From positions 6,820,001-6,884,000 of the forward strand of contig CM035359.1 in the NCBI GenBank assembly GCA_020137815.1: a DNA stretch of 64,000 nt, written 5' to 3'. The notes under the pieces are model-generated. The model worked only from the letters and a program-made list of their open reading frames with translations, was not told where the DNA came from and did no database searches. This document shows, one piece after another, positions 28,715-39,623 of this stretch. The first letter of the stretch is position 1, and each line of letters starts with the position of its first letter. The translations under genes and the position numbers were made by a program. This DNA is from Hormiphora californensis (Eukaryota > Animalia > Ctenophora).

Positions 28715-30155
28715 CAGTCGGACCCCGATTTACCGGACCCCGATTTACCGGAACCCCGATTTACCGGGAGGATTTCTTTCCCCCGATTTTTTTTGGAAAA
28801 TTTTTGAAGTTTTGCCGGTTGGTAAACTTGCATTTGCAATTCGCTAGGTCTAATGGGGATCACGTATCGGTTCGTTTCGAACCGTCTAATTAGCGGCAGG
28901 ACACGTGATAAGATGCACCGATTCGAAACACGATTCGAACGTGGCTGGTATACCTTAGAAAAATTTCATAACTTTTTTTGCAAAATTTTACAGAATCATT
29001 GTCAATGCTTCGATCGATGCTCCCCGTAAATTTTCAGAGAAAAAGTTATTTTGAAATGTTGAATGTTGATACTTCCTCACCCCGCTTAGGGTGCCCAGAT
29101 TCGGCATGGTATCACGTATCGGTTCGTTTCGAACCGTCTAATTAGCGGCAGGGCACGTGATAAGATGCACCGATTCGAAACACGATTCGAACGTGGCTGG
29201 TATACCTTAAAGGTTGACAAGATACCTAAAACTTTTCGTATATCGTCTTATTTTGATTTATCATTAATTTTCAGCATTTTTTCAGAATTTTTTGTCGGCT
29301 AGAAATATGTGCAAAATAGGGGGTCTACTGACAAATGAGTGTGCCTTTTTAAAAATTGATACTGGAATATCTCCGGTTCCTGATGAGATACAGAAACCGT
29401 TTTGGTAGCGTTAGAAAGGTCTTATTGAGACCAATCCAACGCAACCAAGATCAAGTAGCTATCTTTTGAGGAACCGGAAACGTGAATTTCAATTTGCGAG
29501 ACGCAGTGAGTGTGCCCAGTAAAACCAGTGCTGACAATATCGGTAGACCCCCTATTTCGAATTTTTTTCTAGCCGACAAAAAATTCTGAAAAAATGCTGA
29601 AAATTAATGATAAATCAAAATAAGACGATATACGAAAAGTTTTAGGTATCTTGTCAACCTTTAAAAACATTTCATAACTTTTTTTTTGCAAAATTTTACA
29701 GAATCATTGGCAATGCTTTGATCGATGCTCCCCGTAAATTTTCTGAGAAAAAGTTATTTTGAAACTTTGATACTTCCTCACCCCGCTTCAGGTGCCCAGA
29801 TTCGGCATGGTATCACGTATCGGTTCGTTTCGAACCGTCTAATTAGCGGCAGGACATGCGATAAGATGCACCGATTCGAAACACGATTTGGACTCGGTCG
29901 GGGTGGTTTACCTTAGAAAAAGTTTTTACAATTTTTTTTGAATTTTTTAAATTTAATTCTATTTCTAATGACAGAAGCAATGATCATATTGTCATCAATA
30001 AATGTATACTATACAGTTAGAGGTGTCTTGGTATAGAATTTTGGACAAAAGTTGGATTTATGGGTCAAATATGCTCTACCCCGATATACCGGGCACCCCG
30101 ATTTACCGGGCAAAATGGCTTCCCCCGAGGATCCCGGTAAATCGGGGTCCGACTG
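28715..30155. mobile_element. Non-autonomous Tc1/mariner (pogo-like) element with internal ~250-bp tandem units
   Basis: TA TSD, TIR cagtcggaccccgatttaccgg/ccggtaaatcggggtccgactg, repeated unit tcacgtatcggttcgtttcgaacc at ~28860, 29112 and 29813. Confidence 0.85.
29211..29660. mobile_element. Nested Kolobok-like MITE
   Basis: TTAA TSD, AG...CT termini and ~90-bp inverted arms starting aggttgacaagatacc. Neighbouring tandem units show the empty site. Confidence 0.8.
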
Positions 30156-30540
30156 TACATGTTTACTAAACATGTAGTATAATAATTGTAAACATGTAAA
30201 CTCCGTCCTGCCTTAGAATAGGAGGAAGAGATTTTAAGTTGCGAAGAGGGGTCAGCCGTACCACTTACCACTTACCAGAAACTAAAATACTGAAAATTTA
30301 GAATTTATTCTTCCACACTTTTCTGCCACTTTTATGTTCTCCATCCCTTGTCCTTTGTTCCCCTGAATGACGTTACTAACACCTCGTCGCTCAAACAATT
30401 CCCTTTGAACTACAAGACCGTTGAGGTGTTGAATTCACGTGATCTTCGCAAACCTCTCGTGAGTCGTGACACTTTCTCAAACCAATGAGATTTTAGTTCT
30501 ACCACAAACTTCGCTATGTTCTTGTAGAAGCTAAAATGAG

Positions 30541-33500
30541 ATGACTCTCTTTGTTTTCGTGTGTTACGTAGTTGTCGTTACTGGAGGATTTTTCGATGAC
30601 GGTGGGTGTCCGATAGCAGTCGACAATGGGTTTTTGGTTAGGTCATGCCAAGACCGAAAATGTTCATCCTGGGATGGCTTTCTCATGAAATGTCTTAACT
30701 CTTCCACTATGTACTACAAAACGTTTACGTTTGATATTGCCACGAGAACAATAAAACCATACGTAACGACTTTGTGCCCTAACGATTCTATCCAGTATCA
30801 GGCTTGCGGAAGTGGAAGTTTCGTACCCTTGCACGATCCCGCTAAAAAGCTCTTCCAAACGTCCCCCGTATGCGGGAAGTTGTGCTACGAACAAGACAAG
30901 GATATGTACGGTTTTCACACGTCATCCCAAACATGTCCAGTGGCTCATGATTATAGCCATGACCGAGTTAGGAAAAACATCACCACCGTTCATGGCGATA
31001 TTTTTACCATTTTGATTAAAGAAGGAGGATTATGTGACGGTCGTTGTGATGAAGTGGAGCTGGAGGGAAACATAGCGGCACCTACGTTGACATGTGTCGA
31101 TGAAAAATCTTGCAATGGATATAACTATGGGGATGTGGCTAAGCAAGAAGATGGTTATGTCTTTACTCCCTTCAACGACTTAATTGAACTGTTAAAACCA
31201 GAGAATAACATTTGTACTGATTTTCCGCTTCACAACGCATCACGTTGCTTCATTCCCTTACCAGACTCAACTAAGTATCTGTATACTTATATGATTTATG
31301 ATGGCGTATCTTATTGTCATGACGGTTTAGACCAGACAAACTGTTCGGATCCAGCTAAGATTGCCGGTTCGTGCCTCATCGGCGGATATCTCTCTACAGT
31401 TTCCATTTATGTTCTCTGTCAGGAGAATTCAATATTATGTGATGATGATATGCACAAAAAGTGCCCAACGATTAACCGGTATTGTACCATTCATAAACAT
31501 CAGTTATGCAATGGGCAAGATGACTGTGCTATGGGTGCGGATGAGCGGAAGGCGACGTGTCTTAAGCTCACCCAACGATCGTGTGTTCGTAGTTTTAGCC
31601 AAAGTCAGGGTCTTCTTAGGATTCCAGTGGACTGGGTCCAGGATGGAGAGGTAGACTGCCTTGACGGGATAGATGAAAAGGCTAACTGGCAAACGTGCGG
31701 CAAAGGCATCAGGAGGACAATTAAATACTCGACTAATAAATGTAGCAATGTCTTCCTCTGCAAACATAACATCGAACAATTTTTAGAGGCCACGCTTTTA
31801 TGTTCCTTTCCCTCAAACTGTGACGAAGAAGTGTGCAGCATGGCTAAAAGCAGGCCAAAAATATCAAAAAAGTTGCTAAGCACCAGCCTATCAATAGGAA
31901 TAAAACTCAGGAGTTCAGTTTGCACAAAAGGCATCCAATCTATCCTTCTTCCCACAGACCAAATTTGTCGATATAAAACGTTCCATCATCCCTTCCATCT
32001 GTTCTTTGGTAAAAACTTTACAACCAAATTAGTTTTTCCAACTACGGAACGTGATTGTATGTTCCTTTACGGTGAAGCATATGTGTTTCACAGCTGTTTA
32101 GGACTTTGTTACAACACACCGTGTCCCTTGAAAAGACCGGTTCTTCAAAACACTTGTAGCAACCTCAGAAACACCTTTTATTCTATCAACTTCGAGCTTG
32201 GCTCAATTACCATTGTACAAAAGTCTCGTGAACGGTTCCACAACAACTTTTTCGTTTGTAAAAACACAAAGTGTATCCTGTTTGAGAAGGTGTGTGATCT
32301 TGTCGATGACTGTGGAGACAGGTCCGATGAGGAGGAATGTATGAACAACTTCCAGTGTTCTGATAAGTCTGGGTTCTTGGCTTTGAGTCAGAAGTGTGAT
32401 GGAAAGATTGACTGCAAGGACTTCTCTGATGAATGTAATGAGAGTTGTAGGAGGAAAGCTGTTAACGGTAATACGATTTTGGGAGTTGCCCTTGTCATGG
32501 GAATTACAGGGTTCGTTTTTGGAGTTGGCGGACTTATAAAGAACATCAAACAGAAGTCGGAAAAGAGTGGCGAATTCATCAATCAAACTATGGTCTTGAT
32601 GATTTCGTTGGGAGATCTACTGACATCTGTTTATCTCCTTACCCTCACTACAATCCACTGGATCCACGGTTCCGGGTTCTGTGAGTATCAGATTGAATGG
32701 ATTAGTGGAGTGCCTTGTACCATCATTGGAGTTTTGAATAGCACTGGATCATCAATTTCTTCCCTTGTAATGGCTTTGGTCAGCTGCTTCCGACTCCATG
32801 GTACAGTAATGGCCCTTCGATACCGCCGTTCAAAGAAGGTTACTCTGAAGCTGTGGATAAAATTAGGTGTTATACTTGCAGTCGTCACATCGATATCTCT
32901 AGCAGTATCTACTTTTCCATTGTTCGACACTTTCAATGAATGGTTTGTCAATGGACTAGTTTTTGAAAGAGGCTTTACACTATTTCTTGGAGTGATGGAT
33001 AAAAGTCAACTGCTGAAGATTGTTCGGGGTTACCATGGAAGCCACGAAACCAGACGAAGTCAGTCTGGTAACACTGTTTCTTGGAACACATTCCAAGAAA
33101 TGATCTCTGAGATGTTTTCCCGGGATTATGATCCGGTAAGGGCCAAAAAGCTGTCTTTTTACGGTAACGACCCAGTGTGTATGTTTAAGGCATTTGTCCT
33201 TTTGGATGACCCACAAGTTCTTTTCGTATGGGCATACCTCAGCTTCCATTTTCTCTGCTTTTTATGTGTAGCGATATGCCATGGGGTGATTGCAGTACTC
33301 GTTAGAAGATCACATATCCAAAGTACCAGGACGTCCAACTCACTCAATTTCAATGTCTCTTTGATCTGCCTAACTGATTTTTGCTGCTGGATGCCTTTCC
33401 TTATCTGCTGCGTCCTTCACACAGCCGAGGTTTTGGATATGTCACCGTGGTACCAGATCTTCTCCCTTAACATTCTCCCCCTAAACTCTGTACTGAATCC

Positions 33501-33843
33501 CGTTTTGTACAGTGGTGTAGTAACAACGATTTGGAACTACTTTAAATGTGTCCAAAATGCTGATGGCGCTCGTGATGTTGCGCCCAATACCGCTCCTGAA
33601 GATCCCCCTAAAGATGCTTCTAAAGATGCTTCTAAAGATGCTTCTAAAGATGCTTCTAATGATTCTCGCGATGTTACTCCTGAAGATGCTTATTTGAATA
33701 ATGAAGATGCTCCTGATGTCCCTCCTGAAGATATTCCCGATCTCCCTCCTGATGTCCCTCCTGAAGATGCTGCCGATTTCCCTCCTGATGTCCCTCCTGA
33801 AGATGCTCCTGATGTCACCCCTGAAGATGCTCCTGATGTCTGA
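30541..33843 (+). CDS. Intronless LDLa-repeat class A GPCR (GRL101-like ectodomain, no LRRs), 1100 aa
   Basis: Signal peptide, multiple LDLa repeats (CDLVDDCGDRSDEEEC, CDGKIDCKDFSDEC), 7TM with SLGDLL, TDFCCWMP and PLNSVLNPVLY, and an acidic PEDAPDV tail. Confidence 0.92.
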   Translation: MTLFVFVCYVVVVTGGFFDDGGCPIAVDNGFLVRSCQDRKCSSWDGFLMKCLNSSTMYYKTFTFDIATRTIKPYVTTLCPNDSIQYQACGSGSFVPLHDPAKKLFQTSPVCGKLCYEQDKDMYGFHTSSQTCPVAHDYSHDRVRKNITTVHGDIFTILIKEGGLCDGRCDEVELEGNIAAPTLTCVDEKSCNGYNYGDVAKQEDGYVFTPFNDLIELLKPENNICTDFPLHNASRCFIPLPDSTKYLYTYMIYDGVSYCHDGLDQTNCSDPAKIAGSCLIGGYLSTVSIYVLCQENSILCDDDMHKKCPTINRYCTIHKHQLCNGQDDCAMGADERKATCLKLTQRSCVRSFSQSQGLLRIPVDWVQDGEVDCLDGIDEKANWQTCGKGIRRTIKYSTNKCSNVFLCKHNIEQFLEATLLCSFPSNCDEEVCSMAKSRPKISKKLLSTSLSIGIKLRSSVCTKGIQSILLPTDQICRYKTFHHPFHLFFGKNFTTKLVFPTTERDCMFLYGEAYVFHSCLGLCYNTPCPLKRPVLQNTCSNLRNTFYSINFELGSITIVQKSRERFHNNFFVCKNTKCILFEKVCDLVDDCGDRSDEEECMNNFQCSDKSGFLALSQKCDGKIDCKDFSDECNESCRRKAVNGNTILGVALVMGITGFVFGVGGLIKNIKQKSEKSGEFINQTMVLMISLGDLLTSVYLLTLTTIHWIHGSGFCEYQIEWISGVPCTIIGVLNSTGSSISSLVMALVSCFRLHGTVMALRYRRSKKVTLKLWIKLGVILAVVTSISLAVSTFPLFDTFNEWFVNGLVFERGFTLFLGVMDKSQLLKIVRGYHGSHETRRSQSGNTVSWNTFQEMISEMFSRDYDPVRAKKLSFYGNDPVCMFKAFVLLDDPQVLFVWAYLSFHFLCFLCVAICHGVIAVLVRRSHIQSTRTSNSLNFNVSLICLTDFCCWMPFLICCVLHTAEVLDMSPWYQIFSLNILPLNSVLNPVLYSGVVTTIWNYFKCVQNADGARDVAPNTAPEDPPKDASKDASKDASKDASNDSRDVTPEDAYLNNEDAPDVPPEDIPDLPPDVPPEDAADFPPDVPPEDAPDVTPEDAPDV

Positions 33844-34952
33844 AGATGCTGCTGAAGATGCTCCTGATCTCACGCCCTGGAATATATAATACTTAAGATT
33901 AGACTCTAAGCTATGTTCTTTTGATTGCCTAATTGGTATGTTTTATTTCAAGTTTCTTCATGTTTTAAGAGACAAAGCTTCTTTCCTAGTTTGATGTTAC
34001 ATAAAAATTGTGTCCTTACTGATGATGCATTTATTTATTTGATTGTTATTATTATTATTATTCAAATTTTACGTTTACTTTCAAACAGAACCTTTTCTTT
34101 TCTTGTACATCTTTATATTAGACTGCAAAATGAAATTTAACGGTAGCAACATCGATATTGCTTCTAACGGTGTGTTATATAGCACAGAGTTCACCCAAAG
34201 TTTTTCGAGGTGTTTACGGGTGGCTGGAGGAGATAATACAGGCACTGATTTGTTCTTCTTAGCTCAGATGGACCTGTTGGCAAGGAAACTCAACACAACA
34301 CAATTTGACCCTGTGCACTGACTCTTTAACACGGTCGCTTGTAGTGGGAAAACGGTAATGGAAAACTGAGATACAGTAAGACGACGCACAACCGTGGCCA
34401 ATCAGGGCGCTAGTACGTGCTGAACGCATGCACTTTTTGCCGCGCGTTATGCAACGTGCGCGTCTCATTACTGTATTTCTATTACGGTAATACGACTACA
34501 AGCAGCACTGTATCAAATGTGACGGCCCCTTGACAGATTGAGGGTCCCTCAACTGGCTGATGATGTCTTCTAACCTGACATTTTGTTTTTTATTTTAACA
34601 TGGAGTCTAGCCCTTTTTCCATCGCTATTTCCAAACCCCAAGCAACGTTTTGGTTTTGTGAAATTTCCCGCCGTTGTTGCTCAACCCCCTGATGAGATAG
34701 AAACCTGAAGGTCAGACAGATCATGTCGAGCTAATCCTTGGTGATGGCTTAATCCTATTTCCTAACCTCAAAATTTCAAATTTCTATCTCATCACTCATC
34801 AGGGGATGAAGAAATGACCGTTCACAAAATCCAAGAGAGAGCTATAATTGTTGTTGAGTTTTTTATCCAATTTGTATTGCGAACTACATCCCAACTTCCC
34901 TTATGATTTTAGATATGAAATAACAGTAGTTTGAGGTAGCTTTCCACAATAT

Positions 34953-35030
34953 ATGGGGCAGAAGAATAGCCGAGTATTCGGTCTGAGTAAGGAGGTAATT
35001 CATGATACGACTGATATTGTTCGACCTAAA

Positions 35031-35082
<52 letters not shown>

Positions 35083-35097
35083 GCTCTCGTCTCTCTC

Positions 35098-35173
<76 letters not shown>

Positions 35174-35329
35174 CCCTCTTCCACTCCCTCTAGGATCATC
35201 TGTTATATTCGCCAAAGTTGCTTGATCTGGAACACGGCACGATACGTCACCGGGACACAGAGGTCGCAACATCAGAATCAATTAGGACTGGCTATTTCTA
35301 TCATGCTCAGTTATCAGACTGGACTGATG
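34953..35329 (+). CDS. Two putative small exons (34953-34994, 35194-35329) of an unknown protein, possibly the 5' part of the GW-rich gene
   Basis: Phase-consistent join MGQKNSRVFGLSKE-DHLLYSPKLLDLEHG...DWTD with good GT donors. The downstream connection is unresolved. Confidence 0.35.
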
Positions 35330-35334
35330 GTAAG

Positions 35335-35451
<117 letters not shown>

Positions 35452-35849
35452 CGAGCAGTATCGAGAGAAGGAGACGACGGAAGACAGACTGAAAAGAAGT
35501 CACGAACTAATAATAAAAGACTCATGAGAGTGCTGATAAGAATTGAGAAAGTCCGTAATGCCAGGTCCGCATACAAGCATTTGTAGAAACAAAGCAGAAT
35601 AAGGGGTCGGAAAGTAATCAGCTCACTGAGAATGCTGTTAGTGATTTGAGAAGTACTACATCCACGGGCCATTATCAAGATTTTTAGGGAGCAATGGTTC
35701 GAAGTATGGGATGCGAGTCAACTTGGAGGTATCAGTCACTTGGGGATAGTGGTCTTGGGGATCAATTGGGGACGTATTCTCCGCGGATTCATTCCTTTTG
35801 GGAGGCAGTGATAGAATGAGGACTGGGACGCTGAGAGTGTCTGGATGAC

Positions 35850-37115
35850 ATGGGGCGTTGGCTCCAGGCAGTGGGGGAGTTGTCCCACAGTAGAGTTGGG
35901 GCATGTTTGGGATCTCCCTCCAGCGACAGTAATTGGGGAATGTTTGGATCTCCCAGCAGCTGGGGATTAGGGTTTGGATCTCCCAGCAGTTGGGGATTAG
36001 GGTTTGGATCGCCCAGCAGCTGGGGATTAGGGTTTGCACCCCCTGGTGGAAATCAATTTGGACCCCCTGGCTCCAGTGGTTCGGGAAGTTGGGGAGGCGG
36101 CTGGGGAGATAGTGGTTCCAGCGGTTGGGGTAGCTGGGGAGGCGTCTGGGGAGATAGTGGTTCCAGCGGTTGGGGAAGTTGGGGAGGCTGGGGAAGCGAC
36201 GGCAGCGGATGGGGTAGCTGGGGCGGTTGGGGTAGCGGATCGAGTAGTTGGGGAGGATGGGAAGGATGGGGAGTATGGGGAGAGGGCGACTCTGGCTGGG
36301 GAAGTTGGAGCGGCAGCGGAAGTTGGGGTGGATGGGGTAGCGGATGGGGTAGTGGATGGGGTGAGTGGGGTTCTGGCGGTCAATGGGGATCATGGAGCGG
36401 CGGCTGGGGAGGCGTCTGGAGTGGTTGGGGTGACTCCCTTGGGGTTCCCATTGTCGAAATAGAACCCTACATACGGGGTGACCCCGAGCTGGAGTGGTGT
36501 CTTGATAAATACACCCCAGAGTTGGTGTTTTCCGAGGAATGGATTGATGGGGTCAAAGAGTTCCTCCAGACTGGCGAGATATCCATCTGGTGCACCAACC
36601 CTCAGGGTCAGATAATGGTGGTATCTGATCTGAGCAATGTTAACATAAATGATCCGAACGCAATGCCTGAAATATTCACATACAACTCACACTGTTCCCG
36701 GGATATTTGTCTGGATCTTCTGGAGAATACCCGGAGAGGTAAACCCGATTACACCAAGTTGATTTCACGGATCTGGGGTTACCTGAACATCTTCAAGAGT
36801 TTGAAATGTACGGAGTGTTTTTGTAACGCCGAGGAAAGGTTGGTGCTGAGTGAGGTTATCCAGACCACTGTATCTCACCTCACCAACCATGGCGTCCTTG
36901 CCTATACCACTGATGAGGAAACGCCAGAGGATGTAGCTGATTATTTCACAATGTTGAAAAAGAATCTGGGGGTGTCGAAGTTTGTGGAGATTGAGGCTAA
37001 GTATTATGAGCCGTTGAGAACCATGAAACAGGCTGCGGACGGTCCTGGAAGAGTTGCCAGTGATATCCAACAGTTGGAGAGTCTGCGAGAGGGATTAAAT
37101 ATTTTCTGCTCGTGA
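35850..37115 (+). CDS. GW/WG-rich low-complexity region fused to an unknown ~220-aa globular domain; true start uncertain
   Basis: 421-codon ORF with dozens of SWG/GWG motifs followed by normal-complexity sequence containing several Cys. Confidence 0.75.
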   Translation: MGRWLQAVGELSHSRVGACLGSPSSDSNWGMFGSPSSWGLGFGSPSSWGLGFGSPSSWGLGFAPPGGNQFGPPGSSGSGSWGGGWGDSGSSGWGSWGGVWGDSGSSGWGSWGGWGSDGSGWGSWGGWGSGSSSWGGWEGWGVWGEGDSGWGSWSGSGSWGGWGSGWGSGWGEWGSGGQWGSWSGGWGGVWSGWGDSLGVPIVEIEPYIRGDPELEWCLDKYTPELVFSEEWIDGVKEFLQTGEISIWCTNPQGQIMVVSDLSNVNINDPNAMPEIFTYNSHCSRDICLDLLENTRRGKPDYTKLISRIWGYLNIFKSLKCTECFCNAEERLVLSEVIQTTVSHLTNHGVLAYTTDEETPEDVADYFTMLKKNLGVSKFVEIEAKYYEPLRTMKQAADGPGRVASDIQQLESLREGLNIFCS

Positions 37116-37265
37116 AGCAGAGCTGTTAAGGACACTGAATGTTTATGAGATGAGTGCATGGTTTAGTTGTGTACATGAATAGAGTTATCATTTCAAAAAA
37201 TTGTGTGTTTTCAACGTTTTTTAATCAAGATGAAAAGTCACAATATATCAAATCTCAACTAATTT

Positions 37266-37537
37266 ATGCTGTCTTCTCGGAAGATGTAAGGCCAGTCATT
37301 GCGCGTCTTTTCGAGCTGGGGGTGCAAAGATGCAGCTGTAACTTTGAGCGGGAATGCTAACAGGAGTGAGTTACATTATAAATGAGACATCGCACGTTAC
37401 TGCAAAGCGCTCTCTCCTTGTTATTGAGTATAATTCATATGACAGAATTTGCTAGTCCTTTGTGCGCTCTTTTGCACTCGGCCCAGCTCGAAAAGACACA
37501 CGATGACTGGCCTTACATCCTCCGAGAATGCAGCATT
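37266..37537. mobile_element. Foldback MITE-like element
   Basis: atgctgtcttctcggaagatgtaaggccagtca...tcttttcgagctggg is inversely repeated at ~37481-37537. Confidence 0.6.
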
Positions 37538-38310
37538 ATATTTCGTTTAACTACCACCTCATCCTGCAGATTCTTCGATAAGAGAATTTCAGAAGAAATT
37601 GGTAGTCCAGGGGTCAAAGAGGGATGCTGACAAATTGTTTTATGTCTATGCTAAAGGACTCGACGTTAGTGTGAAACACGCCTTCCCTTTTCCCTATCAT
37701 GGCGGCACTGTGCAGACTCTAGTGCTAACCCAACCCAAAACATAACCCTAACCATAGACAATCGAAATCCGTACGACATATTGGCAGGACATCCGACAAA
37801 CTGTGCAGTGTCCGTCCGATCTTTCTGATGCATCCACTGAGTCTACTATCCGTACAGTTTGTCGGATGTCCGTCCAGTCTGTATGATGTCCGTCTGAGGG
37901 CGGGGTTAGAAACTATCGAATTCCGTACAGGAGTGCAGAGAGTGCTATTGTAAGTACCATGTGTGTACGGAATTCGATATTTTCTAACCCTGGCCTCATA
38001 GAACGGAAATAGAACGGTTTGGACGGAATTCGATCGTTTCTAACCAACGGAGTATGAATGGTTAGGGTTCATGTGTTGTACGGAATTCGATACTTTCTAA
38101 CCGGTTAGGACCTGTACGGAATAGGAACGATTTGGGCGGAATTCGATCATTTCTAACCAATAAAGTGTCATATTGTTAGTGTTCAGCTTAACACCAATAC
38201 CCCGAATCACCAATTTTGCCAATCTTGGTGTTTTTTGACCTGTTTGACTTCATTTAAAGAGCTGAAAGTTATCTTAAGATACCCAGCACTGTCTGAGGTC
38301 TTTTATGCAT

Positions 38311-38856
38311 AAACAAGAATTATTGCATTATGTGTTCATAATGCTGAGTTTCCCTGCCCTACCGTTTCACATGTCATTGACATTGTCACTGCCAACAGGA
38401 TCAAGGCTTGGTCATAATGTAATGTGAGATGCATACGATCTAGCTGTCAGTATACTTCTCACATAGCTTAGAGTTAGCTAACTCACATGACACTTGCTAA
38501 CCAGCTTTTGACATTCTGACTTAACTACTTATCTAACCTCTCGCAAGATGAAAATGTGTATGTAACACGCGAAACGCGCGGCAGAGCATTTCATGTTTTG
38601 TTGAGTGGCGCGCGCACACACGTCTATCAAACTGTGTCAATGAGGTGTTTGATAAAGGAGCAGCTCGTCACTGTGCGCGCGGCTCTAGTTGCTACACCGT
38701 TGCCCCTCGCAACGAAAGTGTGACCAAAATGGTCCCTCTACCGATTAGTTAGTATACCAAAATGTCGTTTTCGAATTCTAACCCTGCTATGCCTTTTTAC
38801 ACAGTAAAAAGGCATCCGAGTGAATGCCTTCGGCATTCACCCGGGCAGGGAAAAAA
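38311..38856 (-). mobile_element. Helentron-associated (HINE/DINE-1-like) non-autonomous element, copy 1
   Basis: Subterminal IR tttccctgccc/gggcagggaaa, terminal hairpin gcattatg-N4-cataatgc, end ...ttcttgtt on the minus strand. Near-identical to 40393-40952. Confidence 0.75.
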
Positions 38857-39623
38857 TTTTGGGATTTTTTAGTCATATATGTCCAAAATTGACCAAAAAA
38901 CGCTATATTGGCTCGATTTTGGCCAAAAAACTTAATAAAAGTAAGTAGTAATAAGCGGATAACTGTATCGACAACATTAATGCAACAATTTATTCGATTA
39001 AAAACAGTTAAGATATGACTTTGTTACAAAATTGACTTTTTCGACCCGAAATTGCACTTCACTATGAAGACGGTACAATAGGCTAGTACTAAACAGTTAA
39101 ATGCAGTTTGAGTGAAGTGGTGTTTTACAAAATTCCAAAAAAACTACACCATCTGAAAGAGGACGTTGAGACGTGAAGGTTAGGCCAGCTTAACCTTAAA
39201 AAAAGTTAATTGGTCAATTAGATAATTGATCAATTATGTCCAAAATTGACCAAAAATGACCTGGTGTTCTGGAAGGATAGACTTATGTTATGATTTGAAA
39301 ATTCAACTAAAAATTACATAGCTGGATAGATAATCCCTTGATGTATCTTTTTCCGTTCTTAAAACTTCAAAATAATCAACCACTAATTAGCAGTGATTAA
39401 CTAAAGTAGCACTTAAAAATAAAATGTGTCGGATTTCCGTACACTGTGTTCCTAACCGTGGGCCCGGCAGGAAATCGATTGATCTTAACCGCTCCCTCGC
39501 TGGCAGGAAATCGATTGTTTATGGCCCTAACCCCTAACATAACCTCGAATGGAAATATAAAGCCACAGAGCCCTCCTAGAGTTTAGGCTTATTTTAACTC
39601 TATATCTAAGGCTAAATTTAGAC

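Noticed and set aside
37729-39545. ctaacc/cctaaccc motifs as telomeric sequence (also 25025-25060)
   Set aside because: Dispersed motifs within repeat-like DNA, not a tandem TTAGGG array.
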